Source: Candidatus Aceula meridiana (GTDB taxonomy: Bacteria > Omnitrophota > Gorgyraeia > Zapsychrales > Aceulaceae). From it: a stretch of DNA of 64,000 nt. The notes beneath the pieces are model-generated. The model ran no database searches. It was not told the origin of the DNA and was given only the letters and a program-made list of their open reading frames with translations. The stretch covers positions 108,007-172,006 of the forward strand of contig JAVCDE010000026.1 of the NCBI GenBank assembly GCA_030765185.1, in the 5' to 3' direction. Both the position numbers and the translations under genes were made by a program. Positions 57,831 to 64,000 of the stretch are shown here, piece by piece. Every line of letters begins with the position of its first letter. The first letter of the stretch is position 1.

Positions 57831-57895
57831 GGGTGGGTTCAATTTCCCCTTACTCAAGTTGGGGGCGGGTCATCTCAAGAAGGAGAAAAAGCTCT

Positions 57896-59188
57896 ATGAT
57901 AGAACGTTATACCTTATCCAAAATGGGCAATGTCTGGTCAGAAAAACGAAAATTAGACATCATGCTTAAAATCGAAATTTTAGCTTGTGAGGCGATGTGC
58001 AAGCTAAAACTTATTCCAAAAAAATCCCTTGAAAATATTAAGAAAAAAGCTAAATACGACTTGGACGAAGTCAAGCGTATCGAAGAAAAAACCAAGCATG
58101 ATGTGGTGGCTTTTATTGTTAATGTTGGACAGGCGATCGGCCCTGATGCACGGTATTTGCACATGGGACTAACGTCTTCTGACCTTCTAGACACTTCGCT
58201 TTCTGTTCAGTGCGTTGAAGCTTGCGACCTTCTTTTAGCGGATGTTGAGAGATTTCTAAAAGTGTTAAAAAAGCAAGCAAAGAAGTATAAGGATACAGTC
58301 TGCGTTGCTCGTTCTCACGGTGTCCATGCCGAGCCAACTACTTTTGGATTAAAGCTAGCTGTTTGGTATGACGAGATGAGGCGCCATCAGGAGAGATTGG
58401 CCCAGGCACGCGAAATGATGCGTGTTGGAAAGCTTTCTGGAGCAGTTGGAACATATGCCAATGTCGACCCGTCTGTCGAAGAGCACGTTTGCGAAAAGCT
58501 AGGGCTAAAGCCAGCTAACGTTGCGACACAGATTATCCAAAGAGATATCCACTCGCAATTTATTAATTGCCTAGCTTCGATAGGTTCTTCTTTAGATAAA
58601 TTTGCGACAGAAATTCGTCATTTACAAAAAACTGAAATTCTAGAAGTTGAAGAACCTTTTTTTAAGGGCCAAATCGGATCATCCGCTATGCCACATAAGC
58701 GTAACCCGGTTACCTGCGAACGTGTTTCAGGCTTAGCGCGCCTTATCCGAGGCAATGCTTTTGCAGCTTTTGAGAATATTAACCTTTGGCACGAACGTGA
58801 TATTAGCCATTCATCAGTTGAACGTGTCATTTTGCCGGATAGTACTCTTGCGCTTCATTACATGTTTCATAAGTTTATTCCGGTTGTCGAGGGACTTTTA
58901 GTTTATCCAAAGAATATGATTCTTAATCTGACCAAAACCCGCGGCCTTATTTATTCACAGCGCATTTTACTTGAGCTGATGAAAAAAGGTCTGACACGCG
59001 ACGACGCTTATTCAATTATTCAGCGTTGTGCGATGCAGGTTTGGCAAGAGACGACAGATTTTAAAGATGTCTTAAAGCGTGACCGAAAGCTGCGCAAGCA
59101 TATGGGCCCAAGCGCAATTGATGCATGCTTTGATATTAAGTATTATATCCGCCATCGCGATAAGATTTTTAAGCGCGTCGGACTTTAA
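57896..59188 (+). CDS. purB: adenylosuccinate lyase
   Basis: MIERYTLSKMGNVWS is the typical PurB N-terminus. SSAMPHKRNP signature. SD AAGGAG upstream. Confidence 0.9.
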   Translation: MIERYTLSKMGNVWSEKRKLDIMLKIEILACEAMCKLKLIPKKSLENIKKKAKYDLDEVKRIEEKTKHDVVAFIVNVGQAIGPDARYLHMGLTSSDLLDTSLSVQCVEACDLLLADVERFLKVLKKQAKKYKDTVCVARSHGVHAEPTTFGLKLAVWYDEMRRHQERLAQAREMMRVGKLSGAVGTYANVDPSVEEHVCEKLGLKPANVATQIIQRDIHSQFINCLASIGSSLDKFATEIRHLQKTEILEVEEPFFKGQIGSSAMPHKRNPVTCERVSGLARLIRGNAFAAFENINLWHERDISHSSVERVILPDSTLALHYMFHKFIPVVEGLLVYPKNMILNLTKTRGLIYSQRILLELMKKGLTRDDAYSIIQRCAMQVWQETTDFKDVLKRDRKLRKHMGPSAIDACFDIKYYIRHRDKIFKRVGL

Positions 59189-59217
59189 TTAATAAAATTA
59201 TTTAGGAGGCGCATTTC

Positions 59218-59922
59218 ATGGAAAAAGGTAAACAGATTTATGAAGGCAAAGCTAAGATACTTTATGAAACTGACTCTCCGGATTATTTAATCCAATATTT
59301 CAAAGATGATGCAACAGCATTTAATGCTAAAAAACGAGGGACTATTCAAGATAAAGGTATTTTTAATAATAAAATCTCAACAAAGATTTTTGAATATCTC
59401 GAAGCAGAAGGTATTCCAACACATTATGAGAAGACTTTAAATGATCGAGAAATGCTAGTTAAAAGAGTTGAGATTGTCCCCATCGAGGTTATTATCCGAA
59501 ATGTTGCTGCTGGTTCTTTGTGCAGACTTTTAAAGCTTGAAGAGGGATTAAAGCTCAGTGAGCCGATTTTAGATTTTTGCTATAAGAAAGACGAGCTTGA
59601 TGATCCTTTAGTTAGCGAGTATCATGTCCGTGCTTTAGGCTGGGCCACAGATGAAGAAATTCAAGAGATTAAAAAATATACGTTTAAAGTTAACGAATTG
59701 ATGACAAAATTCTTTTTGGCGGTCAATCTTGATTTGATTGATTTTAAACTTGAGTTTGGCCGTTTTAAAGGAAAAATCATTTTGGCTGATGAAATGTCTC
59801 CTGATACTTGCCGCCTTTGGGAAGTGGGAACAGGCAAAAAAATGGACAAGGATCGTTTCCGTCGTGATATGGGGAACGTTGAAGAAGCCTACCAGGAAGT
59901 TTTAAGCCGCGTAAGCAAATAA
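59218..59922 (+). CDS. purC: SAICAR synthetase
   Basis: IYEGKAKILY ... the typical PurC N-terminus. 234 aa. Confidence 0.9.
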   Translation: MEKGKQIYEGKAKILYETDSPDYLIQYFKDDATAFNAKKRGTIQDKGIFNNKISTKIFEYLEAEGIPTHYEKTLNDREMLVKRVEIVPIEVIIRNVAAGSLCRLLKLEEGLKLSEPILDFCYKKDELDDPLVSEYHVRALGWATDEEIQEIKKYTFKVNELMTKFFLAVNLDLIDFKLEFGRFKGKIILADEMSPDTCRLWEVGTGKKMDKDRFRRDMGNVEEAYQEVLSRVSK

Positions 59923-59971
59923 GTTTTTTGAGTCTTAGAAGCACTTTTTACAACAAAAAACACCACATACT

Positions 59972-62872
59972 ATGATCTGGCGTGTTGAGATAAAAGATAA
60001 AGAAAGTGTTTTTGACGCTGCCGGGGAGTCTATCTTAAAAGATATTGAAGATTTAGGCATCCGGTCAGTGGAGAATGTTAATGTCGAGCAGATTTTTCTT
60101 ATCAACAGCCAGGCTAGCGCAGCACAAATTCAAAAAATTTGCAAACAGCTTTTAGTCGATCCGATTGTTCAGGATTATACTTGTTCTCAAAAAGCTGCTC
60201 CTACTCGCGTAAAATCCAAAAACATTAAAGTCATTGAAATCGCTTACAATCCGGGCGTCATGGACCCTGTTGAAGAATCAACGCTAAAGGGCATCCGTGA
60301 TTTAGGGATAGCTAATGTCACCTCTGTGCGCACTGCCAAGAAATATCTTTTACATGGCAAGCCAACGCCTAAAGAACTTAATATCATTGTTAGCCGTGTT
60401 CTCTCCAACAAACTTATACAGCATGTTGTTCAACCAGATGCTAAGAAAGCAAAAAAAGTTTCTTCATCTAAGAAAAAGGAAAAAGTACAAGTGCATCTTG
60501 TCGAGCTCTTAAGCGCAAGCGATAGAGAGTTGATTCGGTTAAGCGGAGAAGGACAGCTTTTTTTAAACTTTAACGAGATGAAGGCTATCCAAAAGCATTT
60601 TACGAAACTTGGACGAAATCCTACGGATTGCGAACTTGAAACTATTGCTCAGACTTGGAGCGAGCATTGCAACCATAAAACTTTTCGCGGTAATATTGAA
60701 TATGTGACAGAGGAAAAAGGGAAGACAAAAACTCAACATATTAAGAACCTTTTAAAAACAACGATTGTGAAAGCAACCGAAGAGATTAATGCCCCGTGGT
60801 GCGTTTCGGTTTTTCATGATAATTCAGGTGTTATCAAATTTGATAACGAAGATAATATTTGTTTTAAAGTTGAAACTCATAATCATCCGTCGGCATTAGA
60901 ACCGTTTGGTGGTGCTAATACCGGTATCGGCGGTGTTATTCGTGATGCTTTAGGAACAGGCCTAGGGGCTAAGCCTATTGCCAACACAGATGTTTTTTGT
61001 TTTGCTCCTCCGCATTTATCATTTAAAGATTTACCGGAAGGGACACTGCACCCTAAGCGTGTCATGAAAGGTGTTGTCAACGGCGTGCGGGATTATGGGA
61101 ACAAGATGGGAATCCCAACTGTTAATGGAGCCATTATCTTTGATAAAGGTTTTGTGGGCAACCCACTTGTTTATTGCGGAACCGTAGGCATCATGCCAAA
61201 AGACAAGGTAAAGAAAAAAGCGAATAAAGGCGACTTGATTGTAGCTTTAGGCGGACGTACAGGTAGAGACGGAATTCATGGCGCAACATTTTCTTCGGGA
61301 GAACTTACTGAAGAATCTGAAACGGTTTCTTCGGGAGCGGTACAGATTGGGAATCCTATTCAGGAGAAAAAAGTTTTGGATGTTATCTTGCAGGCGCGTG
61401 ATGCAGGTCTTTATACTTCGATTACTGATTGCGGTGCAGGTGGATTTTCATCGGCGGCAGGCGAGATGGGTGCTGAAATTGGATGCCGTGTTTATTTAGA
61501 AAAAACTCCTGTTAAGTACGATGGCCTAAGCTACGAAGAAATTTGGATTTCTGAATCACAAGAACGCATGGTCGTCTCGGTGCCGAAGAAGAATCTTAAA
61601 AAGCTTTTAGCGATTTTTGAAAATGAGAATGTTGAGGCCACTGTTATCGGCGAGTTTACTTCGACCAAGCGGTTAGAATTGTTTTATAAGGATGTTCAAG
61701 TTTGTGATTTAGAAATGGCATTCTTACACGACGGTGTTCCTAAGATTACGAAAAAAGCGCATTGGAGTGTTGCAAAAGAAAAACCATTAACGCTCGCATG
61801 TCCAAAGAGTCTTACAGATAGATTGAAGAGCACGCTATCTCACTATAATGTTTGCTCTAAAGAAAATGTTATCCGTCGCTATGATCATGAAGTGCAGGGA
61901 TCAAGCGTTGTGAAGCCTTTAGTTGGTCCAAGCTGTGATGGGCCGTCTGATGCAAGCGTTATTAAGCCGAAATTTAATTCAAAAAAGGGCGTGGCAATTT
62001 CTAATGGCATTAATATTCGCTTTGGAATGATTGATCCTTATTGGATGGCGGCTTCTTGCATTGACGAGGCTATTCGCCAGATTATTTCTGTTGGCGGGAA
62101 ATTAAATCATATCGCAATTTTAGATAATTTTTGTTGGGGCAATCCGGATAAGCCAGACCGCTTAGGAAGCCTGGTAAGATGTGCTCAAGGCTGCTATGAC
62201 ACGGCCGTTGGTTTTAAGACTCCGTTTATTTCAGGAAAAGATAGTTTTTATAATGAATATGCAGAGAAGGGACGAACACATTCTATTCCCGGAACGATAT
62301 TGATTTCAGCGTTTGGTGTAGTCGATGATATTAAAAAATGTGTCACTATGGATTTTAAGCAGGAAGGTAATTTGATTTATGTTATTGGTGAAACTTTTGA
62401 TGAGCTGGGTGGTTCGGTTTATCTTGATGTTCTAGGAAAGCTTGGAAGCCAAGTTCCTAAAGTTGATATTAAAAAAGCTATGAAGAAATTTTCTGCCCTC
62501 GAGGGTGCAATTGCGAAAAAAATTGTAAAATCTTCCCATGATTGCTCTGAGGGCGGGTTGGCTGTGGCTGTTGCCGAGATGGCTTTTGGCGGAGGCCTAG
62601 GTGCAGCTGTCTCTCTTAAGAAGGTTCCATTCATTGGAAAAAAGCGAAATGATAAGATTCTTTTTTCAGAATCGAATTCACGTTTTATCGTCGAAGTTGA
62701 ACCAGCCAACCAGAAAAAGTTTGAGCAGGCTTTAAAGGGAGTTTGCTTTAGTGTTATTGGCCGCGTAAAACCAGAAAAGGAATTAACGGTTTATGGCCTT
62801 GATGAGAAGCTATGCATTAAAGAGAGTATTCAATCTTTAAAAGAAAGCTGGAAACAAACATTAAGGTGGTAA
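59972..62872 (+). CDS. purL: FGAM synthase subunit PurL with two N-terminal PurS-like domains (PurS-PurS-PurL fusion)
   Basis: Two ~80-aa PurS-like repeats at aa 1-160, then PurL AIRS-type domains (GGANTGIGGVIRD, duplicated ATP-binding halves). 966 aa. Confidence 0.85.
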   Translation: MIWRVEIKDKESVFDAAGESILKDIEDLGIRSVENVNVEQIFLINSQASAAQIQKICKQLLVDPIVQDYTCSQKAAPTRVKSKNIKVIEIAYNPGVMDPVEESTLKGIRDLGIANVTSVRTAKKYLLHGKPTPKELNIIVSRVLSNKLIQHVVQPDAKKAKKVSSSKKKEKVQVHLVELLSASDRELIRLSGEGQLFLNFNEMKAIQKHFTKLGRNPTDCELETIAQTWSEHCNHKTFRGNIEYVTEEKGKTKTQHIKNLLKTTIVKATEEINAPWCVSVFHDNSGVIKFDNEDNICFKVETHNHPSALEPFGGANTGIGGVIRDALGTGLGAKPIANTDVFCFAPPHLSFKDLPEGTLHPKRVMKGVVNGVRDYGNKMGIPTVNGAIIFDKGFVGNPLVYCGTVGIMPKDKVKKKANKGDLIVALGGRTGRDGIHGATFSSGELTEESETVSSGAVQIGNPIQEKKVLDVILQARDAGLYTSITDCGAGGFSSAAGEMGAEIGCRVYLEKTPVKYDGLSYEEIWISESQERMVVSVPKKNLKKLLAIFENENVEATVIGEFTSTKRLELFYKDVQVCDLEMAFLHDGVPKITKKAHWSVAKEKPLTLACPKSLTDRLKSTLSHYNVCSKENVIRRYDHEVQGSSVVKPLVGPSCDGPSDASVIKPKFNSKKGVAISNGINIRFGMIDPYWMAASCIDEAIRQIISVGGKLNHIAILDNFCWGNPDKPDRLGSLVRCAQGCYDTAVGFKTPFISGKDSFYNEYAEKGRTHSIPGTILISAFGVVDDIKKCVTMDFKQEGNLIYVIGETFDELGGSVYLDVLGKLGSQVPKVDIKKAMKKFSALEGAIAKKIVKSSHDCSEGGLAVAVAEMAFGGGLGAAVSLKKVPFIGKKRNDKILFSESNSRFIVEVEPANQKKFEQALKGVCFSVIGRVKPEKELTVYGLDEKLCIKESIQSLKESWKQTLRW

Positions 62873-62875
62873 GAA

Positions 62876-63559
62876 ATGAAAAATAGAAGAAGCGTAAAAA
62901 CAGATTTAACTACTATGGAAGACCCGTGGCGCGTATTTCGTATCATGTCGGAATTTGTTGATGGGTTCGACATGCTTTCTCGCGTCGGGGATGCGGTAAC
63001 TATTTTCGGGTCAGCTCGCTTACCTAAGACAAGTAAGGCATATAAGCTGGCTGAAAAAACTGCACGTCTTTTAGGTAAAGAAGGCTACACCGTTATTACA
63101 GGTGGCGGTCCGGGAATTATGGAAGCTGCTAACAAAGGGGCAAAAGAGTCCGGCACAGAATCTGTTGGCCTTAATATTGAGCTTCCGTTTGAGCAAGTTC
63201 CTAATCGCTTCATTACACTTTTAATTGATTTTCATTATTTTTTCTGCCGCAAGTTTATGTTTTTAAAATATGCTAAGGCCTTTGTTATTTTTCCAGGAGG
63301 GTTTGGAACTCTGGATGAATTTTTTGAAAGTGTTACTCTTATCCAAACGAAACGTATGCCTGGATTTCCAGTTATTTTAGTTGGGAGCGAGTTTTGGTCC
63401 GGCATGATGGATTGGCTCAAAAAAACAATGCTTAAGCAAAAATGTATTAGCCAAAGTGACTTTGATATTTTTTGCATTGTTGATAAGCCTGAAGATGTTT
63501 TAAAAGCAATCCAAAAGTTTTACGGAAAAAAGAAGAAAGAAAATGGCAAAAAACGTTAA
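62876..63559 (+). CDS. LOG-family (PpnN-like) nucleotide 5'-monophosphate nucleosidase
   Basis: TIFGSARL ... ITGGGPGIMEAANKGA ... VIFPGGFGTLDE are LOG/TIGR00730 motifs. Confidence 0.75.
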   Translation: MKNRRSVKTDLTTMEDPWRVFRIMSEFVDGFDMLSRVGDAVTIFGSARLPKTSKAYKLAEKTARLLGKEGYTVITGGGPGIMEAANKGAKESGTESVGLNIELPFEQVPNRFITLLIDFHYFFCRKFMFLKYAKAFVIFPGGFGTLDEFFESVTLIQTKRMPGFPVILVGSEFWSGMMDWLKKTMLKQKCISQSDFDIFCIVDKPEDVLKAIQKFYGKKKKENGKKR

Positions 63560-64000
63560 GGCAATTGTCTTAAGAACAGCAGGAACTAACTGCGACCAGG
63601 AAACAGCCTTTGCCCTTAAAGATTCTGGGGCGCAAGTTGACGTGGTTCACATAGGCCAAGTTTTCTCGAGAGAGAAAAAGTTAAAAGATTACCATATTTT
63701 GGCGATTCCAGGCGGGTTTTCCTACGGTGATGATATTGCCGCAGGGCGCATCTTGGCTAATGAGCTTCGTTTGAAACTTGGAAAAGATCTTAAAAAGTTT
63801 ATTGATGATGGAAAATTAATTATCGGTATTTGCAATGGGTTTCAAATTTTGGTTAAAGCTGGGCTTTTGCCTGGTGTTAACGGGAAAACAAAGAGTTCTT
63901 CTGTTCAGCAAGCAACGCTGATGACTAATGATTCTGCTAAATTTGAAGATAGGTGGACTCATTTAAAAGTAAGCGGAGATTGTATTTGGACTAAAGATAT
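63543..64000 (+). CDS. purQ: FGAM synthase glutaminase subunit (partial, runs off window end)
   Basis: MAKNVKAIVLRTAGTNCDQE ... IPGGFSYGDDI ... ICNGFQIL form the class-I glutaminase catalytic Cys context. Overlaps the LOG gene by 17 nt. Confidence 0.8.
   Translation, partial: MAKNVKAIVLRTAGTNCDQETAFALKDSGAQVDVVHIGQVFSREKKLKDYHILAIPGGFSYGDDIAAGRILANELRLKLGKDLKKFIDDGKLIIGICNGFQILVKAGLLPGVNGKTKSSSVQQATLMTNDSAKFEDRWTHLKVSGDCIWTKD

Noticed and set aside
1-64000. CRISPR arrays, tRNA or rRNA genes, transposases or integrases
   Set aside because: No regularly spaced direct repeats, no tRNA-like cloverleaf candidates (one GTTCAATTT T-loop-like string at 57836 lacks the rest of a tRNA), and no recognisable recombinase ORFs were found.

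Overview
This is an AT-rich, gene-dense window in which nearly all genes are on the + strand. The organism looks like a diderm bacterium, because it carries Mla lipid-transport genes, an outer-membrane beta-barrel protein, a GT9 heptosyltransferase-like gene and Wzm/Wzt genes, and it is probably an uncultivated lineage. No rRNA, tRNA, CRISPR array, transposase or integrase was recognisable.

Content in order:
- 1-5.4 kb: a fatty-acid synthesis cluster (fabG and fabD on +; an Isf-like flavoprotein-SCP2 fusion, fabZ and a DUF3108-like protein on -), then an exported flavodoxin-like protein and an exported glutathione peroxidase.
- 5.4-10.6 kb: an accessory-looking run of four genes (divergent purD, a two-repeat membrane protein broken by an in-frame TGA, a 588-aa protein with an HPr-kinase-like P-loop, a mini beta-carbonic-anhydrase-like protein). 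Each is followed by a copy of a conserved ~35-nt motif plus a terminator hairpin.
- 10.6-11.6 kb: a GC-rich insertion flanked by a 34-bp direct repeat, carrying a permease gene remnant and a SPOR gene.
- 11.6-17.5 kb: RNA-modification genes (RsmB-like, TrmH-family), a COG2509 FAD protein and a UPF0371-like protein.
- 17.6-22.4 kb: carB and purF.
- 22.6-30.2 kb: one operon in which a complete partner-switching module (RsbW-like kinase, STAS protein, CHASE2-PP2C phosphatase) is wrapped around mlaEFD plus FecR-like and OMP genes, followed by a K+-channel-like gene.
- 30.5-34.0 kb: a 1149-aa secreted protein with two GNAT-like domains.
- 34.1-50.6 kb: a large envelope-glycan locus. It encodes a UbiA-family decaprenyl-phosphate phosphoribosyltransferase-like enzyme plus a phosphatase, GT-C enzymes including two paralogous PMT/ArnT-like genes, GT9, GT4, a methyltransferase and Wzm/Wzt. 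It also holds three paralogous, apparently uncharacterised nucleotidyltransferase-fold proteins (one fused to the GT4) and a membrane-anchored RluA-type pseudouridine synthase. This locus is the most promising candidate for an undescribed system in the window.
- 51-57.5 kb: an ArsB/NhaD permease, a frameshifted macro-domain gene, convergent Lys-rich small proteins, hemW and a polyprenyl synthase.
- 57.8-64 kb: a purine operon (purB, purC, a tandem-PurS-PurL fusion, a LOG/PpnN-like gene, purQ).

All functional calls rest on motif-level recognition in the translated ORFs. No database search was run.
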